Shown one piece after another: positions 9,759 through 19,416 of a stretch of DNA of 64,000 nucleotides (its first letter is position 1; every line of letters starts with the position of its first letter). This DNA comes from an uncultured Chloroflexia bacterium (GTDB lineage Bacteria > Chloroflexota > Limnocylindria > Limnocylindrales > CSP1-4), in the NCBI GenBank assembly GCA_963752475.1, contig CAVVYR010000029.1:96001-160000 (forward strand), written 5' to 3'. The position numbers were made by a program, and so were the translations under genes. A model generated the notes under the pieces. It searched no databases, was not told the origin of the DNA, and saw nothing but the letters and a program-made list of their open reading frames with translations.

Positions 9759-10907
9759 ATGGGGGCAATGACCTCTCGGGAGCGAGCGCTCGCGGCGCTG
9801 AACCACAAGGAACCGGACCGGGTCCCCATCGACCTCGGCTCGCATGGAGCCAGCCTTATCCGCCACGAGCCGTACGATGGTGCGCGCGACCTGTGGGGCC
9901 TCCCGGAAGAGGATGACAAGGGCACCTTCACGGCCTCTGGCCTGATCGTCCCGGGCGAGCGCTTCCGCCAGCGGGTCGGCGCCGACTTCGTCGATATCGG
10001 CCTCGTCTCCCTCGAGGCTTGGGAGCGCAACGACGATGGATCGTTCCTCGACGAGTGGGGTGTGACCTGGATGCGCTCGGGAGACGGCGAGCCGGCGGCG
10101 TTGGCCGGTCCGCTGGAGCGCGACGACATCACGGCCAGGGACATCCTCGATTGGGATGGTTACCCCACCGCCGACGATCCACGACGCTATCCCGGCATGG
10201 CCGAGCGTGTGGCCAGGATCCGGGCGGAGACCGACTACGCCATCGTCTTCGACTTCCATTACGGCGTCGTGCGCGAATGCCAGCGCCTCCGTGGGTTCGC
10301 ACCGTGGCTGATGGACCTCATCGGCGATCCCGAGCGGGCCGAGGCCATCATGACCAAGGTCGTGGACACGATCTCTGCCATCGCCGAGAACGCACTCGAT
10401 GAAGTAGGCGACGAGATCGACGTCTTCTGGTTCGCGGACGACATGGGCTTCCAGGACCGGCCCTACATGAAGCCCGAGATGTATCGCGAGCTGGTCAAGC
10501 CCTACCACGCCCGCTTCATCGAGCGCGTTCGCGCCAAGACCGAGGCCGTCATCATGATGCACAACGACGGCGCGATCCACGAGATGCTGGGTGACTACAT
10601 CGACATTGGCGTGCAGGCGTTGAACCCGGTGCAGGTCTCCGCCGACGGCATGGGTGACACTGCTGCACTCAAGGCCGAGTTCGGAGACGACCTCGTCTTC
10701 TGGGGCGCCATCGACACGCAGCACGTCCTGCCCTTCGGGTCACCGCAAGAAGTGCGGGACGAGGTCAAGCGCCGCATCGAGACGCTCGGCCCTGGGGGCG
10801 GCTACGTCCTCGCTCCCGGTCACAACATCCAGTCGGAGGTGCCCCCGGAGAACGTCGTCGCCATGTTCGACGCGGCCCTCGAGCTGGGCGGCTACCCACG
10901 CTCCTAA
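9759..10907 (+). CDS. Uroporphyrinogen decarboxylase (URO-D/MtaA-CmuA superfamily) protein
   Basis: TSRER..AALNHKEPDRVP, DEWG, DDMGFQ, MHNDG, LNPVQ, WGAIDTQ, GGGYVLAPGHNIQ.EVPPEN. Confidence 0.9.
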   Translation: MGAMTSRERALAALNHKEPDRVPIDLGSHGASLIRHEPYDGARDLWGLPEEDDKGTFTASGLIVPGERFRQRVGADFVDIGLVSLEAWERNDDGSFLDEWGVTWMRSGDGEPAALAGPLERDDITARDILDWDGYPTADDPRRYPGMAERVARIRAETDYAIVFDFHYGVVRECQRLRGFAPWLMDLIGDPERAEAIMTKVVDTISAIAENALDEVGDEIDVFWFADDMGFQDRPYMKPEMYRELVKPYHARFIERVRAKTEAVIMMHNDGAIHEMLGDYIDIGVQALNPVQVSADGMGDTAALKAEFGDDLVFWGAIDTQHVLPFGSPQEVRDEVKRRIETLGPGGGYVLAPGHNIQSEVPPENVVAMFDAALELGGYPRS

Positions 10908-10982
10908 GGTCCGAGACATGGCCATCGCGTGCCCGGCGGCCGGTGCCGGCGAAGTCCGTGCTGGGCGGTAGTGGAACTGGTC

Positions 10983-10996
10983 TGTATATTGGCATC
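10983..10996. promoter_or_regulatory. Putative operator TGTAT-N4-GCATC, copy 2, overlapping a TATATT -10 box
   Basis: TGTATATTGGCATC upstream of P450 B. Confidence 0.5.
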
Positions 10997-11062
10997 AACA
11001 CTGCGGCGTCCGGGCGCGACGGCCGCTGACGACCTATGGCGAAGCCAGGCGAGGCGAGAAGG

Positions 11063-12307
11063 ATGGCCGAGCAGCCGAATGACACGCTGCTGACACACCC
11101 GAGCTTCAGCGCGAACCCCTTTCCAGCCTATCGAGAGCTGCGTGAGCGTGCCCCTGTGTACCGGAGCGCCGCCTGGGACGCCTGGGTCATGACCGGGTAC
11201 GACGACATCGTCTCGGCACTACGCGACCACGAGCGGTTCTCGAGCCGCGGGCGCCTGGTCGAGATGATCGACGCCTTGCCGGAGGAAGCGCAGGGGCAAG
11301 CAGGACCGCTGCGGAACCACTTCTCGACATCGGGACTGATCCACTCGGATCCCCCCGACCACACCCGAATGCGTGGGCTCATCAAGCAGGCCTTCTCACC
11401 ACGCGTGATAGCGACCATCGAGCCGCGCATCGAGCGCATCATCGAGCGCTTGCTGGACCGGGTCGACGCGGCCCAGGGCTTCGACGTCGTCGAGCGCCTG
11501 GCCTATCCGCTCCCGGCTATCGTCATCGCCGAGCTGCTGGGCGCGCTGCCCGAGGATCGAGACCGCTTCAAGGGCTGGTCCGACGGCATCGTCGCGTTCC
11601 AAGGACAGGGTCGAGCGATCGCGGACGCCGTGCCCATGTCAGCCGAGGCCATCACTGAGATGCGGGCCTATATCGGCGAACTGATGGCCGCGCGTCGCCG
11701 GGACCACCACGACGATCTGCTCGCCGGCCTCGTCGATGTGGAACAGGCCGGCGTCGAACTCAGCGAGGACGAGATCTACTCCACGTGCGTGACGTTCCTC
11801 ATCGGCGGCCACGAGACCACCACCAGCCTTATCGCCAACTGTCTGTATACCCTGCTTCGGCGCCCCGAACAGCTCGAGCAGGCACGGACGGATCCGGTTG
11901 CCCTCGCCGGCGCCCTCGAGGAGAGCCTGCGCTTCGACAGTCCGATCCAACGGACGTTCCGCCGTGTCACACGGGACACGGAGGTCGGGGGACAGGAACT
12001 GCGTGAAGGTCAGATCGTCATCCAACTGCTGGGTGCCGCCAACCGCGACCCAGCTCACTTCGCCGATCCCGAGACGTTCGACCTCGCGCGCAAGCCGAAC
12101 CGCCATATCGCGTTCGGTAGTGGCGTTCATTTCTGTATCGGTGCCCCGCTGGCACGACTGGAGGCCCGGCTTGCGCTGCGTGCCATCCTCGAACGGTGGC
12201 CCGATCTGGAGCTAGCCGTCGAAGAGATCGAGTGGCAGAGCGAGAAGGCGCTGTTCCGATGCGTCCGCAGCCTGCCGGTCAGGTCCCGCAGGGAGAGCGG
12301 CCTTTGA
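11063..12307 (+). CDS. Cytochrome P450 (paralogue B)
   Basis: SDPPDHTR, GGHETT, ESLR, FGSGVHFCIG; many blocks identical to the 463-1701 P450. Alternative start 11036. Confidence 0.95.
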   Translation: MAEQPNDTLLTHPSFSANPFPAYRELRERAPVYRSAAWDAWVMTGYDDIVSALRDHERFSSRGRLVEMIDALPEEAQGQAGPLRNHFSTSGLIHSDPPDHTRMRGLIKQAFSPRVIATIEPRIERIIERLLDRVDAAQGFDVVERLAYPLPAIVIAELLGALPEDRDRFKGWSDGIVAFQGQGRAIADAVPMSAEAITEMRAYIGELMAARRRDHHDDLLAGLVDVEQAGVELSEDEIYSTCVTFLIGGHETTTSLIANCLYTLLRRPEQLEQARTDPVALAGALEESLRFDSPIQRTFRRVTRDTEVGGQELREGQIVIQLLGAANRDPAHFADPETFDLARKPNRHIAFGSGVHFCIGAPLARLEARLALRAILERWPDLELAVEEIEWQSEKALFRCVRSLPVRSRRESGL

Positions 12308-15300
12308 GGTCACGCATCCGCAGGTCGATCGCCTTCGCGCTCGTGCTGTCGCTGGCCACAGGGGGCGCTGTCGTCTCAGCTGACGCCGACGAGGCCACGG
12401 AGGCCGGCCTGGACGTTCCGACCTTCGTCGACGAGACCCTGGCCTCAGGGATCGACCACGTGAACAGCTACGTGGCCACGCCAGAGAGCCCTGACGGGGG
12501 CTGGGAGTTCATCGTCGGCGGCGGCCTGGCCGTCCTCGACTGCGACCGTGACGACCTGCCCGACCTGTACCTTGCCGGCGGCAGCAGCCCGGCGAGCCTC
12601 TATCGCAACGTGAGCGACCTGGGCGGGCCACTCAAGTTCAAGCGTCTGAACTCCGACGAGACGGACCTCATCCATGTCACCGGCGCCTATCCCGTCGACA
12701 TCGACAGCGACGATCTGCTCGACCTGGTCGTGCTCCGCCGCGGCCCCAACGCGGTGCTCCGCGGGCTGGGCGACTGCCGTTTCGAGCCGGCTAACTCGCG
12801 GCTCGGTGTGGATGGCGGCGACGACTGGACGACCGCTTTCAGTGCCAAGTGGGAAGGCGAAGCTGCTTTGCCGACGTTGGCATTCGGCAACTACCAAGCG
12901 CTCGATGCGGCCGGTGAGTTGGTCCCGGGCACGTGCGCCGATCAACAGCTCTACCGCCCGCGACCCGGCGCCGTGCGCTACGGGCCACCGGTCCCGCTGT
13001 CACCCGGCTGGTGCACGCTTTCGATGCTCTTCAGCGACTGGGACCGGTCGGGGCGTCGCGACTTGCGCGTGAGCAACGACCGTCAGTACTACGTCTCAGC
13101 GGGCGAGGAGCAACTGTGGCAGATGGACGACGAACCCCGGCTGTACACCGACGCCGACGGCTGGGAGCGAACCCTGATCTTCGGCATGGGCATCGCCAGC
13201 GCCGACATCACTCGCGACGGCTACCCCGAGGTCTTCCTGACCACGATGAGCCACAACAAGCTGCTGACCCTGTCTGACGGGCCTGAGCGGCCAAGCTACG
13301 ACGACGTGGCTCGAGAGCTGGGTGCATCCACGGGCCGCCCGGTCACCGGCGACGACACGCGACCGTCGACGGCGTGGCACCCCGAGTTCGCAGATGTCAA
13401 CAACGACGGACGCCTCGATCTCTACGTCTCGAAGGGCAACCTCGATGCGCTACCTGACCAGGCCAACCACGACCCCAGCAGCTTGATGCTGCAGCGAACT
13501 GACGGGACCTTCGTGGAGATGGCACCTGCCGCCGGCCTCGCCAATGACGCCCGCGCGCGCGGCGCCGCCCTGGTGGACCTCAACCTCGACGGCCTGCTCG
13601 ACCTCGTCGAGGTCAACCTGGGCGATGAGGCAGAGGTCTGGCGCAACGCCGGCGTCGGGACCGCCACCGAGCCTGCACCGATGGGGCACTGGCTGGCCGT
13701 CGAGTTGCACGAGGACGGGCCGAACGCCGACGCGATCGGCGCCTGGATCGAGATCAAAGCCGAAGGCGGGATCCAGCGGCGCGAGGTCACCGTGGGCGGC
13801 GGCCACATCTCGGGCCAGCTGGGCCCGACCCACTTCGGCCTGGGCCCGGCCGAGCAGGCCGAGGTGCGCGTGACCTGGCCCGACGGCGAGGTCGGACCAT
13901 GGACCCCGGTCAGCGCCGACCAGCGCATCCGCATCGAGCGTGGCGGGATGAGCCCGGTGGCCCTGACGGTCGCGACCGAGATGACCGGTGCGCTACCCCT
14001 GGTGCGCGAGAGCGAAGCCGGGCCCGAGCTGCCGCCGGTCCCGTCGGTGGACCCGTCCACCTGCGTGCCGAGCGCTGACCGCGAGCACTCGGTCGCCCGC
14101 CTCTGGGACGAGGCCCTGCTCGACGCCATCCGCCGTGACTTCCCGGCCCCCACCGTGCACGCGCGCAACCTCTACCACGCGTCGGCCGCGATGTGGGATG
14201 CCTGGGCCGCCTACGACTCGACCGCCGATGGTGTCTTCTATCGGCGGCAAGGCCACCGCCGACGACGTCGCGGCCGCGCGCGACGAGGCCGTCAGCTACG
14301 CCGCCTACCGCGTCCTGTCGCACCGCTACCGCGACAGCGCCGGAGGTGCGCAGTCCCTGCGCCGGTTCGACCAGCTCATGGCCGAGCTCTGCTACCCGTG
14401 GGAGATCGAGGCCGCCGACGATGCGACCCCGGCCACGCTGGGCAACCGCATCGCGGCCACGGTCATCGAGGCCACCATGGACGACGGCGCGCTGGAGCAG
14501 CAGGGCTACACCACGCGCGACTACGTCGCGGTGAACGAGCCGATGATCGTGCAGGAGCCGGGCACGGTCATGACCGACCCCAACCGCTGGCAGCCGCTGG
14601 CGCTCGAGATCAGCTACACCCAGAACGGCCAGCTGCTGCCGATCGGGCCGCAGGAGTTCATCGGGCCGCACTGGGGCGAGGTCACCTCCTTCGCCCTGCC
14701 CGAGCCGCTCGAGCACGGCATGCCCATCGACCCCGGCGGCCCGCCCCATCTCGGTGACCCCGCCACCGATGCCGAGTTCAAGGCCAAGGCCGTGGAGGTC
14801 GTCGCGTACAGCGCGCTGCTGGACCCGCGCGACGGCGTGACCGTCGACATCGGCCCGGCCACCTGGGGCAACGCGCCGCTGGGGACGAACGATCGGGCCG
14901 GCCACGCGTTCAACCCCTGGACCAGCCTGCCGTATGCGCCGGTCGAGGTACCGCGCGCGGACTTCGGGCGCGTGCTGGCCGAGTTCTGGGCCGACGGTCC
15001 CGACTCGGAGACCCCGCCGGGCCACTGGAACACGCTCGCCAACAGCGTCGTCGACCACCCCGCGTTCGAACGCCGCATCGCCGGCCGCGGCCCCGTGCTC
15101 GACCCGCTCGAATGGGATGTGAAGCTGTACCTCGCGCTCAACGGCGCGGTGCACGATGCGGCCGTGGCCGCCTGGGGCGCCAAGGGCCACTACGACTACG
15201 TGCGGCCGATCAGCATGATCCGCTACATGGGCGGCCTCGGCCAGTCGAGCGACCCGGGGCTGCCCGCGTACCACCCCGACGGGCTGCCGCTCATCGAGGG

Positions 15301-15826
15301 CCAGGTCGAGCTCATCACCGCGGCCTCGGCCGCCGCCGGCGAGCGCCACGAGCACCTCGATGACTTCGTCGGGGAGATCGCGGTGCGGGCCTGGAGCGGG
15401 AACCCCCGCGAGACCGAGTCGGAGCTCGGCGGGGTCGACTGGATCCGGGCGGTCGAGTGGGTGCCCTACCAGCTCTCGACCTTCGTGACGCCCAGCTTCG
15501 CAGGCTACGTCAGCGGCCACTCCACCTTCAGCCGAGCGGCCGCGGAGGTGCTCACCGAGATGACCGGCTCGGCGTACTTCCCCGGTGGGCTCGGCACCTG
15601 GACGGTGCCGGCGGGTTCGCTCGAGTTCGAGCTCGGGCCCAGCGTCGACGTGCCGCTGGCTTGGGCCACGTACTACGACGCGGCCGATCAGGCCGGGCTC
15701 TCACGGCTCTACGGCGGCATCCACGTCGAGGCCGACGACCTGCGCGGTCGGGTCATGGGCGCGCAGTGCGGCCGGGACGCGTGGGCCCTGGCGCAGACCT
15801 ACTGGGACGGGACGGCGCGCGGCTAG
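12304..15826 (+). CDS. Secreted CRTAC1-like (FG-GAP + ASPIC/UnbV)-vanadium-dependent haloperoxidase fusion; apparent +1 frameshift near 14239
   Basis: TTG start overlaps the P450 stop; signal peptide; FG-GAP repeats (DxDxDGxxDL); ASPIC motifs NADAIGA and HFGLG. Haloperoxidase N-terminus (VARLWDE.LLDAIRRD.PAPTVHARNL) is in frame 12196 and continues in frame 13988 with vanadate ligands WGAKGHYDYVRP, PSFAGYVSGHS, SRLYGGIH. Confidence 0.85.
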
Positions 15827-15832
15827 CCGGGG

Positions 15833-16288
15833 CTAGCGTCCAGCGCGCTCACGATCGTCGAGCTGCTTGATCTTCGCGACCTTGCGCTCGGACCGCCCGC
15901 CTGCGAAATCCCCGGAGATCCAGTGGTCGACCAGAAGCGGCGCCACGTTCCGTCCCACCACAAGACTGCCGAGACACAGCACGCGCGCATCGTTCGACTT
16001 GATGGCGCGCTCTGCGGAGTATGGGTCGGTGACGGGCGCCGCGCGGACGCCGTGAACCTTGTTTGCGACGATGGCCATCCCGAGCCCAGTGCCACAACAC
16101 AACACAGCCCGTTCGACCTCGCCTGTGGCGACAGCGCGAGCGACGGGCTCAGCAACATCCGGGTAGTCCTCGTCTTGTCCCGGCTGCAGCCCGTAGTCGA
16201 TGACCTCGTGTCCCTGCTCGGCGAGATGATCACGTACGAGGTCCTTGAGTTCGACGGCGTTGGCGTCGGCACCTACGGCGATGCGCAT
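15833..16288 (-). CDS. rpiB: RpiB/LacA/LacB family sugar-phosphate isomerase
   Basis: GAD, DYP, CGTGLGM...ANKV.GVRAA, SNDA.VLCLG, F.GGRS.RKV. The D-erythrulose-4-phosphate isomerase subgroup is also possible. Confidence 0.85.
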   Translation of the reverse strand: MRIAVGADANAVELKDLVRDHLAEQGHEVIDYGLQPGQDEDYPDVAEPVARAVATGEVERAVLCCGTGLGMAIVANKVHGVRAAPVTDPYSAERAIKSNDARVLCLGSLVVGRNVAPLLVDHWISGDFAGGRSERKVAKIKQLDDRERAGR

Positions 16289-16372
16289 GGCGGTGGCTCC
16301 TGCGGGTTGGAGAGAGTGCCAGTATGACCGGAGTCTTGCGCGCGATGAAGCGCATGGGGTAGTGGCCCTACG

Positions 16373-17278
16373 TCAGCCCAGGGGCGGCAGGCTCTTCCAG
16401 AGTGAGAGGTCGAGGTCGGGCATGACCTTGCGTAGCCTGCGCACGTCGTCGGCGTAGTACTGGCCCAACCACTCGCGCGCGGAGTCAGGCAGGGTGACGT
16501 GCTCCGTGGCCTTCTTGCGCGCCCGCCGGATCTCCTGCACCGATGCGTTCTGGTCGCGCAGCCCGAGGAACGAGTACGTCCGGTTCAACTGCGTCTGAGC
16601 ATCCTCGACGCACTGCTCGTACTGCAGCAGCAGGAACTGCTCACGCGGGAAGTGCTCGAACCACCACGACAGCTGCGTCCCGTAGCGACTGCGCTCCATG
16701 GCCTCGACGACGCGGTGCTCGCGGGAGCCGAGCTCACCTGCACCGACCTCACCCTTGAGCGCACCCGCTCGCTTGAGCAGGCCCAGGTTCGAGACGTAGC
16801 GCTCGACGGGGTCGCGCATGAGCACGATGAGCTTCGCGTCCGGGGCCACGTGCTTGAGCATCGGCGCGACCCACGGCTGGTACAGGTAGCCGGGTGTCTT
16901 CTCGCCCACGAGGCTGCCCTGCGGCCGCGGGAAGTATCGCTGGTACTGCCCGAATTGCTCCTCGCTGGGCCAGCGGTCCCAGAAGTGATCGAAGAAGTGC
17001 AGCTCTCGCCGCTGGCGGTGCGGCCGATGGATCTCCAGGTGGCCCTCCATCAGGCCCTGCCACCAGGTCGTGCCCGACTTCTGGGCGCCGATGATGACGA
17101 AGTCCGGCGGACCGGACGGCCAGTCGGGCGGCGCGTCGGGCGGCGGCTGCAGCTGGTCGTAACGGGAGCGGACGGCGCCACCCTTGGGCTTGTCGGAGGC
17201 ACCGAATGGCGTCGCGCGCACGCCCTTGACGATGGCGCGCTTCCACGCCGGAGGTCGCTTCTTGTTCTTCGAGCTCAT
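16373..17278 (-). CDS. PAPS-dependent sulfotransferase
   Basis: 5'-PSB loop IIGAQKSGTT, ELHFFD, GEKTPGY, 3'-PB motif RDPVERYVS. Confidence 0.92.
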   Translation of the reverse strand: MSSKNKKRPPAWKRAIVKGVRATPFGASDKPKGGAVRSRYDQLQPPPDAPPDWPSGPPDFVIIGAQKSGTTWWQGLMEGHLEIHRPHRQRRELHFFDHFWDRWPSEEQFGQYQRYFPRPQGSLVGEKTPGYLYQPWVAPMLKHVAPDAKLIVLMRDPVERYVSNLGLLKRAGALKGEVGAGELGSREHRVVEAMERSRYGTQLSWWFEHFPREQFLLLQYEQCVEDAQTQLNRTYSFLGLRDQNASVQEIRRARKKATEHVTLPDSAREWLGQYYADDVRRLRKVMPDLDLSLWKSLPPLG

Positions 17279-18687
17279 GGTCGGTTCCAGCCTAGCCGAC
17301 GTGGCGTGGTCGGCGTCTCGGCCACGCTCATCTCGGCCGACGAACCCGCCGGCGTCTCCTTCTGCGCGATGGTACGCATGGCGATCTGGTTGCCGACGTC
17401 GTGCCCGGCATTCTCCGACAGCAGCCAGCGCACCTCGAGCAGGTCGCAGTAGGCCTGCACCGGATCGATGTCCTCTCCCGTGAGCTCGATCAGCTGACCC
17501 ACGACCGGCTCGAAGATCTCGAGCATCCAGCGAGCGCCATCGCTGCGAGTCAACCGGCGGCCACTCTCGCCCTCCTTGAGGTCCCAGTCACCGGCCCAGC
17601 CCAGCCCGGCCGAGGCGGTGAGGTCGTTGAGCAGGATGGCCGACTGCCCCTCGCCGGCCTCGATACCGGTCAGCTGGCGCAGCCGTCGGGAGTGGTAGTC
17701 GCGACCAGCCACGGCCACGCGCAGCGTTAGCTCGCCGGTGCCATCCTCGCCAGGTTCCAGGATGACCTCGTCGACGACGTAGCCCAGCTCGTTGATGTCG
17801 TGCAAACGCCTGGCCACGCGATGCTGCTTGTCCGGCCGGATGGTCACGTTTCCGTGGAGCACGTCCCACAGCCGTTCGTAGCGCTCGCGGATGCTCAGGG
17901 CTGCCTCGAAGTCGTCGTCCATCTCCTCCATCGACTTGCCGTTCATGACCCCCATGTCGGCAAGGTCACCGGCCACGTTCTCGATGGCGATCTCGATGTC
18001 GGCCTCGCGCTGACCGTCGGAGATGTGCTCGTAGAGCTCGCTCGTCTCGCCGTCCACGAGGTAGGCCTGCAGGCGCTGGCCGTCACGCATGAGCAGTGTG
18101 TTGGCCAGCGAGCAGTCGCCCCAGAACATGCCCATGCGGTGGATCTCCACGAGTAGGCCGGCCATCGAGTCGAGCAGCTTGTCGCGATAGCGCACCTCCC
18201 CCTCCGGCAGGCGCATGAAGAGGCGACGGAACTGGAACGATCGCGACAGGTAGCGCGTGAGGATGATCGATGACTCGTCACCCGTACGCGTGACCAGGCC
18301 GAAGGCCTTGACCGAGGGTGCGCCCCTCGCCTCCAGCTCGCGCAGCACGTCGTACTCCTGCTGGCCCACGAGCAGCGGCAGCTCCTTGAGCGCGATGATG
18401 TGGCCGTCGACCATGGCGAAGCGGACCGTGTGCCGGCTGGCGCCGACGGGCAGGTCGACGAACTCGAGGTCAGGCCCGGACCAGTGGGCCAGCGGCTTGT
18501 CCCAGGGCATCGCGACGAGCGCCTGGTTCGACTCGCGGAAGCGCATCGTGATGCGACCGGGTTCGAACGGTTCGATCTCGCTGGTGGGGATGGCGTCGGG
18601 GTCCGGCTCGTCCGGACCGCGCATGGGCTCGCCGTCCCACGCCAGGGTCGCGTCACTGAACGGCTCGTGGCCGATGTGTTCGTCCAT
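17275..18687 (-). CDS. DUF4032 domain-containing kinase-like protein (Kdo/WaaP-like fold)
   Basis: GASRHTVRF, ALKE, FWGDCSLANTL, AYLVDGET, LLNDL, EVRWLLSE.AG.DVG. ATG 18687 lies 8 nt after TAGACT; the upstream part of the 700-aa ORF is antisense to the HAD gene. Confidence 0.88.
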   Translation of the reverse strand: MDEHIGHEPFSDATLAWDGEPMRGPDEPDPDAIPTSEIEPFEPGRITMRFRESNQALVAMPWDKPLAHWSGPDLEFVDLPVGASRHTVRFAMVDGHIIALKELPLLVGQQEYDVLRELEARGAPSVKAFGLVTRTGDESSIILTRYLSRSFQFRRLFMRLPEGEVRYRDKLLDSMAGLLVEIHRMGMFWGDCSLANTLLMRDGQRLQAYLVDGETSELYEHISDGQREADIEIAIENVAGDLADMGVMNGKSMEEMDDDFEAALSIRERYERLWDVLHGNVTIRPDKQHRVARRLHDINELGYVVDEVILEPGEDGTGELTLRVAVAGRDYHSRRLRQLTGIEAGEGQSAILLNDLTASAGLGWAGDWDLKEGESGRRLTRSDGARWMLEIFEPVVGQLIELTGEDIDPVQAYCDLLEVRWLLSENAGHDVGNQIAMRTIAQKETPAGSSAEMSVAETPTTPRRLGWNRP

Positions 18688-18747
18688 CGGCGGCAAGTCT
18701 AGGGCGTCCTGCGGCGACCGACCGGCATCACCGATACGATGGGGTCC

Positions 18748-19407
18748 ATGTCGTCCACCGCGACCTCGCCACCTGTCTCGCTGCCCGGCCCCTGGAAGGC
18801 CGTGGTCTTCGACATGGACGGGCTGTTGGTCCACACCGAGCGCCAGTGGCTGGCAGCCAAGCTCGAGCTCTGCCGCCGCCATGACCACGTCCTGAGCGAG
18901 GCTGACAAGGCAGCGGTCTTCGGCCTGGCCGATCTGGAGTCGGCCACGTACTTCGCGCACGTCTTCGGCCTGGACGGGGAGCACGTCGAGGACCTCCGGC
19001 AGGAGTACCTCGACATCGTGGGCGAGCTCATCGACTCGGGCGTGGAACTGACCGACGGCGCGGCCGAGCTCATCCATCGGCTGCGCACACAGGTGCCCAT
19101 CGGACTGGCCTCGAACACGCGCCGCTCGCTCGTGAACCGGGTCCTTGCGCAAACGCCGTTCGCCGGGTCGTTCGTGGCCATCACCACCGGTGACGAGGTG
19201 CCCCCGAAACCTGCGCCTGATGTGTACCTGACCGCCTGCGCGCGGATCGGTGCCGACCCGGCCAGGGCCGTCGCGGTCGAGGACTCGCCGACCGGCGTGA
19301 ATGCAGCCCATGCCGCGGGCCTCACATGCATCGGAGTACCCAGCGACCCCGACCATCCGCTGACCGAGGCCGACCATCAGGTGGCGGCGCTGACGGAGCT
19401 GCTCTAG
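18748..19407 (+). CDS. HAD-IA family phosphatase
   Basis: FDMDGLL, ASN, KPAPD, VEDSPTG. ATG lies 7 nt after TACGAT. Confidence 0.93.
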   Translation: MSSTATSPPVSLPGPWKAVVFDMDGLLVHTERQWLAAKLELCRRHDHVLSEADKAAVFGLADLESATYFAHVFGLDGEHVEDLRQEYLDIVGELIDSGVELTDGAAELIHRLRTQVPIGLASNTRRSLVNRVLAQTPFAGSFVAITTGDEVPPKPAPDVYLTACARIGADPARAVAVEDSPTGVNAAHAAGLTCIGVPSDPDHPLTEADHQVAALTELL

Positions 19408-19416
19408 GTCCGGGAC

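Noticed and set aside
9759-10907. Annotating this gene as hemE
   Set aside because: It lacks the HemE RQAGR motif and any heme-pathway context.
14230-14250. Programmed ribosomal frameshift in the haloperoxidase fusion
   Set aside because: No slippery sequence; the shift falls inside a domain and matches four similar one-base insertions elsewhere.
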